This document shows positions 15,229-27,875 of a stretch of 64,000 nt of DNA, piece after piece. The stretch lies in assembly GCF_009914755.1 (NCBI RefSeq), contig NC_060927.1. One strand, written 5' to 3'. The first letter of the stretch is position 1. Every line of letters starts with the position of its first letter. Made by a program: the position numbers and the translations under genes. Origin of the DNA: the human T2T-CHM13v2.0 reference genome, Homo sapiens. The notes below the pieces were generated by a model. It was not told the origin of the DNA. It did no database searches and saw only the letters and a program-made list of their open reading frames with translations.

Positions 15229-18200
15229 CTGTCTCTCTTTTTTAATCTTAAAATCAAAACAGCTAATTTTACCACACGGAGGAATTAAACCAGGTGTAAC
15301 GGCTATAACTTCAAAGATTTTTGTCCTTAAGGCCTAGAGATAATTAAAATAAACACAATGACTTTATTTCTCCTTAATGTGTCATTTATGTACTAGGTTC
15401 CTGTTGGGAACTGTATATATTCAAAATTATTTTTAGTTACTGATGAAAAATTAAATTCATTTTATCGTATCTGGATTTTTAATTTTAGTGATAAAGATCA
15501 AGGTCATCGGCAATCAACATTAAAATAAATTGGCAAATATAAGATTTTCCCCCTGAAATACATTGGGGAAACATTTGAAATTTTAAAAAACAGTTATAAA
15601 ATGTACGGAAAAAATATATTACTATTCTCAAACAATAATAAATTCAGATACAATTATTAGTATTTTGGCTTTAAAAAGTTGCTTTTTAGATTTAATGTAT
15701 TTCCTGAAACTATTCACAACAAATAAAAAATAATTATAATGTTACAGTATGCATCTCCAATGTTATTACCTCCTTGTAGACATAATAGGCATATACTTAT
15801 TCATTCAAGAAATGTGTATTAGTTATTATTTTTGATATTTGAGGAGTAAATCTCTTTGTAATCAAAAGGAGTCTATTAAGTGAGAAATGGATAACTAGAG
15901 ATTCAGAATTCTAAGGTAGCATTGAAATAAGATTATTACCCGAAGATATTCCTGGGATTGGCAGTTGTTTATTGAGCTTTTTCCCCAGTATCTGGTGCTA
16001 ATTTTTATGCACCTATTTACAGCTAAAATAGGAATTGATGGGAAGAAAATATATATGTACCTCTCTAATGCAACAGTATAAAACCCATGAAAGAATAATT
16101 CACAAATCTTAATAGAAAGAGAGAGAAAGAAAGGGAAGAAAGTTATTTTTCACTTCCCCTGAGCAAATATGTAATTTCCATGATTTCTTTTTAATGACTG
16201 CGGTCTGTAGCCAGTAGGTACTGATTTATGAAAAGCTGTAAAAGATCAGGTGGAGCTCTGTAGGACATCGTTTACAGCTGCATGGATTGAAACCTATCTA
16301 ATTTGTCTAGTAAAAGTGTGAGCTCACGGTGCACATCACCCAGCCTATAAATTTCCCCTTCAGACCAATGTCTGGGGCTGGGTCTGAAAAAACGCCAATG
16401 CCTGCAGCTGCTCAAAGGCCCAGATTCCCTTGGTGCGCATGAAGAGACATCACAGGCTCTTCACAGTGAGAGACAAATTCCTATCCATTGATAAACTCTC
16501 CAGATGTCCTCTCTGAGGAGGAAAGGAACCAATTTTTATTTGAAATCCCCAGAGAAATCCTGGAAGTGGAAAAATGATACTTTGCAGGGCTAGTTATTCT
16601 GAGGTCATTGGCATTAAAATTAGGTCATTTTTTTTTTGTCTTGGATGCACTTTGATCCAAGTCATAAACAGACAAACTCAGTTGGGGTCACTAATCCTTA
16701 ATCCACACGTCCTGTTCTATTTCAATTTGTTTATACTAATTTTCTCTAAACTCTTGTTGAGTCTGGCTAAAGTGTTGAGTGTAAAAGTACAAACTATTCT
16801 GAACTGAGAAGAAAGAATTCTGCATTTTGCTATTAGGCACACTTCATAAATATTCTGAATAAATGTCCTGGGGTTTGATTCTTCATACCCACAAACCCAT
16901 AAATAAAAAAGTATTACTATTCATGGGACTAAAACTTGACATAAGATTCTGTGCTCCAGCTACTGTAGACAGAGAAACTGTGGCGTGTGCGCGCGCATGC
17001 CTGTAGATAGTTTAATGTCTTGTCTCATTCTAGGTTTCACATGATTTTTCTTCTAAAATCTTCTCACACCTGATTTAATGCTATTCTTATCAATTTTTTA
17101 GTGGTTCAATGACTTATCCAATGAGTCTAATGTAATGTCTAATGCTTGCTAGTGACAAAGACTATTTCACTCATGATAACTATGCTGAAACAACCCATGA
17201 ATATTGTGTACATTTTGGTGTATATCTGTAATTACTCAAGTTCTTAGGAAAAGAATAAAAATACAAAATTTTCAATTATAAAAATAAGCTGTTTTTCTTC
17301 CTAAGATGAGTAATTTAAAAAATCATAAAGTCGTTTGCATATATGTTTCAGAAGAAGATAACTTATGAAATGTTATATTGATATTTTATAGTTTTCCTGA
17401 TATTGCTAAAGGAAAAAATTAATATTTATATAATATGGCCCAATCCTTTTTTAGATAATCTCTGAGAGTTAGTAAAACTAAACTATATCAGAGAAATAGA
17501 AATTATAAACTCCATAATTAAGATTTTCAATTTATAATTTGAACTTGTGAAGTAAAAAGGATTGAGGTAATTGAGTTTAGTCTAGTGGACAGAAGTTTGA
17601 AGAATCCTTCCCTTTCAACTTCCCTCCACTACACAAATGACCATCACAGAGAGGGGACTATTAATCTATATTTTCCACAGAGTATGTAAATAGAGTCAGA
17701 ACCAATGTTGCAATTTTTTTTTCCTGAAACTCAGGGTTAAAACTGCACTAAAATGTGACCATTTTTATCAAATACGTTTCATGCATCGCTGTAAAAATCC
17801 AGATAGTGAATTCACAAACTTCTCATATGTTCCAAGTAATAGCATGTAGGTGTAGGGCACGATCTAAAATTATCCTGGCTCACGAATCAACTTTACACTT
17901 GAGCAGGTCTTTTGTACATAAGAGAGTAAGTTGAAGAATATCACCAGAAGTGGTATAAACCTCTCAATTAAAAGACCTATTTAAGTGTGCGCAGAGCTGG
18001 CACAGATTTGCTTCATAGATTTTCTCATTTAGAACAGGAGCTTTTACCACATATCCTAGATGGTAATCAATGATTGCTACTCATATGTAAAACATTATAC
18101 AGTTTTATTTCATGTATATTGTTCATTTTGCTATTTCATGCTATTTCTAAAGATATTGAAATTAGCCCCTTAGAGACCTAAATTTATGTCTAAAATAAGG

Positions 18201-18788
18201 ATAAATGCATGTCGATATATTATTTGTTTTGGTGTCTTCTCACCACAAATTCTAAACTTTGAATTTAAACACTTCAAATGACAGACTTCACTTAGACTAA
18301 TCTTTCATTTCAAGTATATAAGAAAAATATGAAGTTCTAGTTTTAATACTCCTAATTTTGGAGATTTTTATTGAAAGATTCTGAAGAACTAAAACGGCAA
18401 AAAATCAAAATATACCCTCTTAATTATTAAATAAAGATTAAATTATATATAAAGTTTTAACATTAATACTATATTTTATTACAATAATGAAAAAAATCAC
18501 AGACAGCAGAATAGCACTTCTGTTTTCAAGCATTTGCAGTGGAATGATTGTGAAGTTGTAAAAGTTACTGACTATTCTAATGAAGCCCCTAATAATGGCT
18601 ACTTTTCAGGGTTGTTATACTATTATGTACATAATATTATATATGACTAAATTTCTAGTTACTTAAAATGGTGGTTAACAAGATCATTGCATTCCCAGCA
18701 TTATATATAAACTGATATTTACTCTGCTATTTTCTTTTTGAAGTTTTCAGAAGTTTAACCATTTCACCATTTACATAAGAATAATGAA

Positions 18789-19005
18789 CAGCTAACACAT
18801 AGTGCTTATTATGAGCCAGCACTGTTCTAAGTGCTTCCCACATATGCTCATTTAATCTTCATTTGTGTGAAATTGATATCCTCACCATCATCCCCATTTT
18901 ACAGATGAGGAAACAGACAAGAAATTCACCAAGGTCACACAAATAGTATGTGGTATACCTGGGATTCAACCCAGGCCTTACGGTTCCAGTATCTGTGCAC
19001 TAAAC
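18789..19005. mobile_element. MIR
   Basis: MIR core cccattttacagatgaggaaac, aaggtcacaca, gggattcaacccagg. Confidence 0.8.
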
Positions 19006-19099
19006 TTCAGGGCATATAAACATCGAATATGCCACATGATGGAATCATAAATCATTTAAGAAAAAACAGGGGAAATGCAATATGAACAAAGTTTTACCT

Positions 19100-19345
19100 A
19101 AATGGCACAGTGTACCAGTCAAGAATGTGGACTGTGGTATAGAATAATGTGGGTCTAAAGGCCAGCTCTGCCTCTTTTGCCTGAGGAAACTTAGCTTCGT
19201 AACTTAATGTGATTTAGTTTCAGCTTCTTTATCTATCTCAGAGGATAGCATCAGTGCCTAACAGGTACTGTAAGGATTAAGGTCCTTCATGTCTGTGTAA
19301 TATTCTTAGCATGATGCCTGCCACATTGAGTGCACATGAACGTTT
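19100..19345. mobile_element. MIR, opposite orientation to the preceding copy
   Basis: ccagctctgcc, tttcagcttctttatct, gtaaggattaa, cttagcatgatgcctg. Confidence 0.6.
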
Positions 19346-19739
19346 GATATAATATGAAAACAAGGGCCTTAAAAACTTATTTCTGTCATTGTTATTATTC
19401 ATCCAAAACTAAAGGCTTTTATAACTACCTTGTGCCCAAGCTCCCTTCCTTAGGAGAAAAGAAGAGAGAAGTCAATATATTGTTCACCTAGTGACTGGCT
19501 CCAGTCTTATAAGTCAAAGGACAATTAAAGAGGCCACTAAGAGCTGAAGAAAAAAAAAAACACACCAAAGACATTTCACCAACAGTCTGCTTCTTTTGCC
19601 TCTTCAGGGAGGCAAACATTGTCTCATTCATTTCCTTTATGCCTCTTCTGTTCCATTGATTTACCAGGTCTTGCAGGTGGTTATAGATAGATGTTTAGGC
19701 CTGTATTTATATAAAAAAATCCTAGAAGGAAGTCCTTTT

Positions 19740-20036
<297 letters not shown>

Positions 20037-20099
20037 CTTTTTCTTAAAGCTGATTGTATTGTGCAATATAAATCACAATTACAATCCCTCTCTGAGTCT

Positions 20100-20220
20100 C
20101 TGTGTGTGTGTGTGTATGTGTGTGTGTATATATATAAAATATTATGTATATATCATGTGTATATAAACACATTACATATATAATGTATATATCATGAATA
20201 ATGTGTTGCATATATATATC
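20100..20220. repeat. (TG)n/(TA)n simple repeat
   Basis: Directly visible. Confidence 0.85.
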
Positions 20221-20836
20221 ATGAACTTCATTTGGTGTCAAGTATGCAAGAATGTTTTTTCTTATCAGTCATCTACTTTTTTCTATTATTTTTTATTTTT
20301 AATGACATGCAGCATTATTTAACTCTGTATTGAGTTTATGTCCTGCTGTGAGTGTAGCCTAGATTGTTCAAGCCATTCTTTAGACAGCAACCTGTGCAAT
20401 GTCAAACAAACAAACAAACATCCAGTGGGAAATACTTAAAATATTGAAACTGAATCCATCATCAAAGCAGACAGCAAAGAATTCAGTGTGTCCTGCCTAC
20501 TGTAACCGTATCCTAAATTACTACCATTTTTGCTAGTGATTAAATTCAATGATAATAAAATATGTATGGATATATTTATGTCTTTCACTGGAAAATTTTC
20601 AGTGATTTAAAAGCATTTGTGGATGGAGAAGGGGAGAACTTAGACAAGATGATTACACGGCGTTCCTCCAAGCTGCCAGCTTGAACAGATGAAGCTTTCA
20701 TGGCAGATAAATTCCACAAATGAAAGGAACACCATATGAAGTCTGGAAGTTCCTGCCGATGTTAGTGTCAAATTTTGACACACAGCAACTCTGCTGACTC
20801 CTGATCTGTCTCCCTTTGGTGTTTTTTTTCTTGCAG

Positions 20837-20992
20837 GCCATCAAACCTTCTTCTGGACCAAAGCAATGTGGATATCACTACCTTCCGCACAACAGGTGAC
20901 TGGCTTAATGGTGTCTGGACAGCACACTGCAAGGAAATCTTCACGGGTGTGGAGTACAGTTCTTGTGACACAATAGCCAAGATTTCCACAGA
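20837..20992 (+). CDS. EPHA3: EPHA3 penultimate coding exon (exon 16 of 17 from prior knowledge): linker and SAM domain
   Basis: Polypyrimidine tract + ttgcAG acceptor; GTAAGA donor; 156 nt, phase 2-2; translates (R)PSNLLLDQSNVDITTFRTTGDWLNGVWTAHCKEIFTGVEYSSCDTIAKIST(D), matching human EPHA3 residues 897-949. Confidence 0.97.
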
Positions 20993-23900
20993 GTAAGAAA
21001 AAAAAATTCATTAAGAAGAATGAAGGATTCTTTTGAACTTTCTTGGCTTGACATGAAAGATTTGTAACATCTTGGCTTGACATGTTACAAATATTAGTGG
21101 TAGATCTGAGGTACTGACTACCGCCTGGAACTGCTAATCAGGGCCCTGGGTCTCCTTGTGGCCCACAGCTTCTGGATTGATACATATTGATGTGTCTTCC
21201 TCTCTCAAGATAGGGCCCAGGATCGGTGTCTTTAGATATGACCTTCAGATCAACCAACAGATTCACACCCATAACCACACTGCAGACTCAAGCCCCTAAT
21301 TTAAAACATAAGCAGACATAGATTGATGATTATTATATTTCTGCATTTTGTGATTTTTCTGTTATTTTTACTAAAGCTTAACATCTGTGAATCAGGAAAA
21401 TTGAGAGCCAAGTAGATAATGTGGTATACAAGGAAACATATTAAAGTCTAAAACTGGTTTTCATAGTTGCTAAATAAACATAACAACATGTATTCATCAT
21501 TGTCTACCCTGTAAAGGATATCATGCTAGAAAATGAAGTTATAATTAGGTTTAAGATAGAATTTTTGGGTTTTCCTCAAAAGGCTTATTGCCAGATGAGA
21601 AAGAAAAAATATGCGTCATAATATTAATATTAATTGATAGCTTTATGTGTTAAAAACCAATAATAATCAAGTATAATATGCTGTATTTTGTGGACAATCA
21701 TCTTTGGGTAACAGGAATCTTTTGATATGAGAAACACATGGACTCAAGGAAAGGTGGTATATAAAGAATCAAGTGAATCCAGTGAATAGTCAAAAATTTG
21801 GTTCTTATTCACAAAGTAGAGTGTTTGGGAATTGATAAATTAAGAGTTGGAAGTCACATTCTTCATCTCACTGTGATTGAGAACCAATTTACTTCACTTC
21901 CTAATGTGACTACATAATTTTTTCTTTTTCTGCACAGTGACATTTTCTGGATTCCCATGCGCATAGCTAAAAACTGGCTTTCTAAACTCTTGGTCATATA
22001 GCCTTATAGTGCCATTCAACTGACCAGGGTCCAACTCCCTTAATCTAAGTTACCAGGAGAGAAAGTAGGACTGGCTCAGTCCCACTTGTACATTGGCACC
22101 TCCAAAGTCATATGTTTACTAGTATCTAGTCATTTATCTTCAAAAGAAGTAGAATGAGGTAGTATGAACTTGGCTCTAGGGGCCTTTTCCTGAAGATAAG
22201 ATGGAGAACTGTCCCAAAGAAAGAAGTGTATACTGGATAGATACACCAAAAGTTGTCCAGCATGTTGTCGCTTGCATGGTCTATTGGGAAACTGTTCATC
22301 TTTGTGTCAGTCTTTCTTTGATCTTTGTTAAATTAAATAAACCCTTTAGTCCCCCAAGTTTAAGTATTATCATCTCCCACTAATATTTAAATATTTAAAT
22401 ATTGTTGAATATATAAAGACTTTCATTGCCACCCTGTCAATCATTCAACATCACTGTGAAAAATAACAGATTAGATGCCAGAAAAGAACATGCCATGTAA
22501 TTAATAGATATAAGTGCCCAACAAACAAATAAATAAGTTTATAATTTATGGTGTAACATTACAATCAGAAAGACATAAAGCCAAAGAAGGACTTACAGGA
22601 ACAGTTTACGATTATTGAAGAAGAGGACTTGTTCTAAAAAAATAAACTTACCCTAGTCAATTTAACATGCACCAGCATTCTTGTTCAAAGTGGAATGTGG
22701 TGTTTATTGAATAGACTTCTGACCCAATCGACAGTACACTTGGGTTTCTGTGGTACTTATTTTGATCAGATACAGTCTCAGGATATAGTCATGTGTTTAA
22801 ATATTTTTATAAATTCTTATTTTAGTAATATAAACAGTTAGGGTTATGATACACAAAACACCTGCTGTAGAGCACAGAAGCATAGCGAAAAGCAAACACA
22901 AAGTTGAACATGTCCACATCACTGCCAGATTTTCAAAGGCAAAGTTATGCAAATGTTTACTCTCAATAAAATATCAACACTCAAAACTTTTAGATATTGA
23001 AACACTATATTGAAATGTATGAGGCAGAACACTGTTGATAAGATTAACTGCTAGTTTGCAATTCAAATATTGTCAGCCATTATAAGCTATGAATGTGATA
23101 AGAAAGCTATTTGCTTTAAAAAAGTGAATGACAGCATTTGTCATACTTTCCAAGTTAGCGACATTACTTATGTCAGCAATACCATGTTGGACGTCAAACT
23201 CTTTTTGGCTGATTGGAATATTTTTACTTAATTGTTATTATTATTTGAACAACCTGTGAATATACATTCAAGATGAAAACTGACTTTTCCTGAAAGACAG
23301 CTTTTTCAGGTTTGTCCTGCACACTGAGTCAGGTGGTATGGATATGTCCATATTGCACTCCCCACAATATTCCTTCTTCTGTCCTTTCTCCTCAATTCAG
23401 GGACAATATAGGATTAACACCTTTGCCCTAACACTCCTTCTTGAAAGGAGCTGCTTTTTTCCTTGAGTCTTCATAGTGTCATGCACCTCATGCTCCTAAT
23501 TTATATTACAAAAAGAGAATTTATTAAAAGTCTTTAACATACTAATAATTTGGGTAAATATAATGAGGCAACATTTTCAGCATAAATGCTGTAAAATATT
23601 GAGCTAGATATTTTAGCTTTCTTTCGGGTTCCTGGCTTATTGTTTGAATTTGATTGCTTTCAGTCTGTATTTTCTTTGTGCCATCCAGACTCAATTCAGA
23701 AATGATTTGCTCGACCAAATAACTGTGGAGATCCTCCTAGAATAGAAAAAGATACCTTTATTCCTATTCAGGCTGTCAAAGTATAGGAAAAGATCAATAA
23801 AATTTCACATTCAAATGCATATTAATTTATTTTCGTTAGTTTAGAGATTTCATTGACATGCAAGCTACTCAAGTTATCTCATTTTTGAACAAAGCCCAGA

Positions 23901-24449
23901 ACACATGCAATTTTGTTTAATAAATACATATTTCAAGACATTATTTCATAACCTAAGATGGATTTAGGAAGGTTAAAGTGAGAAAGGAAGAGAGAAAGGG
24001 AAAGGTTAGAGTGGCTGTGACTGTGGAACTAGAAAGAGAATTAAGTGTGTGGAATGAATATTAAGCAGATTCATTGCCACATGTCATTATCCTGCACCCT
24101 TGGATGCCATTTTCAAAGTGTCATCACCTATCCCTTTGCCTTTGAAGTACCAGATAACACTTTAACCTCTGGTCTCAGTCTGGAGCTGCTCTTTAGTCTT
24201 GAACTTTTCCGCCACTCTTCTGAACAGGACAGTCAAAATGAAATGAGCACACAGAGTGTTATGGAGACAGCAGCAACTGGGGGTTCCAAATTATTTTGGA
24301 CATGCAGAGTAGTGGACAGAAGATATTCGGGCAAGAATAGAGAGACTAGAGGGTGTTTAAAAGCCCTAGCTAAGGAATAACCCAAATGGATAATTACTTT
24401 AATTCTCTTTTCAAAAGTCCAATATAATCATTTGCATTAAGTAAAAAAA

Positions 24450-24612
24450 TTGTATATAAAACATTTATATGTAGTATATTTATATAAATATATAAAAATA
24501 TATATTATATATTATATATAATATATAATGTTTATATATTGTAGATAACATATATAAACATGTATATATATATAAACATGTATATATATAAGCATATTAT
24601 ATATATATATGT
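24450..24612. repeat. TA-rich low-complexity repeat
   Basis: Degenerate (TA)n with repeated tatataaacatgtatata units. Confidence 0.85.
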
Positions 24613-24921
24613 TTGCTTATATTGGGTTCACAGATACAGAATGTAAAACAGTTTTTTGCAGAACATTTCTTGAGGAATACACTCAGGAGGTGCAGCTATG
24701 AAGAAGTGATGAGGAATGTCTCAAATCAGTCTGTGAACTCAGCATCACATTTTTTTTTCCAGCCACTTGGGGATGAGTGCTTCAGTTCAGAAGGAAGATC
24801 AGGGCCAAACATCATAGCAAGCAGCACTCAGTAACTATGCTTAAATTTCTCAAAGAGCTCAGGCAATTACTGCATTGGAATATATAAATATTATATATAT
24901 ATATTTACTCATATAATATAA

Positions 24922-25257
<336 letters not shown>

Positions 25258-26089
25258 TTCCATGACTATTATTTTAGGAAGGGGAAAGGGAAGAGACAAA
25301 GGACAAAAAATCATCTAGTCATAAAACATAGGATATGGTATTGGAAGAAGATGAAAGAAAAAAGAAAGAGTGAGAATCTATTGATTTGCATACCCATACT
25401 TGTATCTGTCCTGTTTTCTGGCTCTAGACTCAAAAACTGACTTTGCTGTCGTTTGGGGATAAGTGGAGAAATGTTTATTCTTTGTTTTAAAGGTAGATTC
25501 ATGGTATGTTTATCAAAATCCTGTAACGCACATTCTCAAAGGCAGGGATCAACAGAAGTAGCATACATTACTCCAAGTGAAGGCTTCCATCATCCGCAGT
25601 ACACTAAGCGTGGCAAGCCTCACATTCCCATACATCCCCACTAGCCTTCCTGAGAAAGAGTATGATCAGATAGGGCCTAAGGCAAGGCACAAGCTCTCCA
25701 GAGAGGATTTATCAGCCCTTTGACAGTCAGCAGGGAGGGAACCTGAAGGTCATCAGGAACCTTCTCAGCCCAGATGGTAGGAATTCAGTAGAGTCTCGGT
25801 TAATTTAATGCCCTAATGCTTAAATAACAACTACATTTCTTCTCAAATGGTTACCTATTGTTTTCTTGAACACCTTTATTGCCTAGGAACCCATTTCTTA
25901 AGAAATCGATTAATCCATTTCTGTGTAGTTGAATTCCCAATTTTTTCTTTCTTTATGCTCAGTATAAAGGAATCCCCTCTGTGTGTGTGTGTGTGTCTGT
26001 GTCTGTGTGTGGTGTGTTCACACGTGTTCTTTTTTCCTTGCCATTCTCAATTTTCCTGGCTCTCCTTGACAAATGATACTTTACGCCCT

Positions 26090-26440
26090 GGTCATCTTTA
26101 CCCAGAAAAATATATTTTGTATGTTTCTTTCTTTAGCAAATTTGTATTGAGCCCACTAACTGGCAGCCATTGTTTAGGTTGCTGTTGGTAAACAGAGTAC
26201 GAGAAAAAAAAAAGAATCCCAGTTCACATGGAATTTACCTTCTTGTGGAGTAAGATAGGGAATAAAGAAAATAAATCAGAAAGAAAGTCAATATGTCAGA
26301 TGGTAATAAATGCTTTGGAAGAAAATGAAACAAGAAAAGAAAACAGAAAGTGCAGATACAAGTACAGAAAAGTTTTAAAATATTAAATAGGAGGGTTGGG
26401 GAAGATTTCATTAGAGGGGGATGTTTGAGCATCTCTCAAT
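26090..26440. mobile_element. L2 3' fragment
   Basis: ttagcaaatttgtattgagccc, atgtcagatggtaataaatgct. Confidence 0.55.
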
Positions 26441-26659
26441 CCTGAAAGACAGGAATATATGAACTAATTACTTGAAACAAGAATATATAATTAACCATTT
26501 GCACATTAGCTGTCTTTTTTACCTAAATGAAATTCCTTATGTTTTTATAATCTTTATTTTAATGCCTACTTTCTGACTTTAAATTATTATATATTTAATA
26601 AAAGAGATATGTCTTTGTCATTGTTTTTCTACTTTGAAAGAACTGTGTACTTTAATGAG

Positions 26660-27160
26660 ATTATTCCAGTTATCTATGGCTGCACAGCAGCCTCCCCGAA
26701 AACTTAAAGGCTAAAACAGCAAGAGGTTTATTATACATCATAGTGTTGTGGGTTATAAATGAGGGCAGAGCTCAGGTGGGTGATTCTTTGTGCTCTGAGG
26801 TTGATGTTGACAGAAGCTTACAGCTGCCAAATGGACTGATCTGGTGTGGAGGGCTGGAGATGCTTTCATTTCGACGTCTGCCTTGGTACAGTTAGCTGTA
26901 CAGCTGGTCTCACCTGGGATTGTAGGCCAAGGTGCTTACATATGGCCTCTCCTGTGAAATAGTATCAGGTAGTCAGACTTTTTATATGGCAGCTCTAGAG
27001 CCCCCAGAGAGGATATCTCAAGCAATAAGTAGAGGCTGGCAGTTTCCTAAGACCTGAATGAAGAAAGTGATACAATGTCAATTCTGGCGTACTCTGTTAG
27101 CTGAAGCAGTCCCCAGATTCAAGGGAAAGAGATAAAACCCCACAAAGAATGTGTGATCAT
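26660..27160. mobile_element. MaLR LTR (MLT1 family), older copy
   Basis: agttatctatggctgc, ggctaaaacagcaa, cagattcaaggga motifs. Confidence 0.55.
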
Positions 27161-27162
27161 TG

Positions 27163-27587
27163 ATATTAGTTTCCTAAGGCTGCCACAAGAAGTTACCACA
27201 AATTTATTGGCTTAAACAACAGAAGTTTTTTCTTAGAATTCTGGTGGCAGAAGTCTGAAATCAAGATGTTGGCAGTACCATAATTGCTCCAGTCTCTAGG
27301 GGTGAATTCTTCCTCGTCTCTTCTAGTTTCTGGTGGATCCTGGTATTCTCTGGATTGTGGCAACATAACTCCAATCTCTGACTCCATTTGTACATCGCCT
27401 TCTTCTCTGTGTATCCTATTCTCTTATAAGGAAACTGTCACTGGATTTATGTACCACCCTAATCCAGTAAGATATTTTCCCAATCGGTGTATTAATTACA
27501 TCTGCAGTGACCCTCTATCCAAATAAAATCGCATTTTGAGGTTTGGGATTGACAGAGATTTTGGGGAAACTCTATTCAACCCACTAC
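27163..27587. mobile_element. MaLR LTR (MLT1B/C-like)
   Basis: tattagtttcctaaggctgcc, ggcttaaacaacagaa, gaagtctgaaatcaagatgttggcag, ttaattacatctgca, attcaacccactaca. Confidence 0.8.
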
Positions 27588-27769
27588 ACCATCTATATAG
27601 CCTTCTACAAGATGGTGGAACGGTCCGGACATAACACAGATGATGCAAATATCAGACAATTAGGTCCACAGTACTAGAATATAACATCGTGCAAATTGTG
27701 CTAATTGAAAATCTCCTGCTTATACACTATCGAGGAAACCGATTCTTATATTGTTTTCTTTTTTTACAG

Positions 27770-27875
27770 TGACATGAAAAAGGTTGGTGTCACCGTGGTT
27801 GGGCCACAGAAGAAGATCATCAGTAGCATTAAAGCTCTAGAAACGCAATCAAAGAATGGCCCAGTTCCCGTGTAA
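27770..27875 (+). CDS. EPHA3: EPHA3 terminal coding exon: end of SAM domain + PDZ-binding motif
   Basis: ttttacAG acceptor; in frame with the previous exon; (D)DMKKVGVTVVGPQKKIISSIKALETQSKNGPVPV*; TAA at 27873-27875. Confidence 0.97.
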
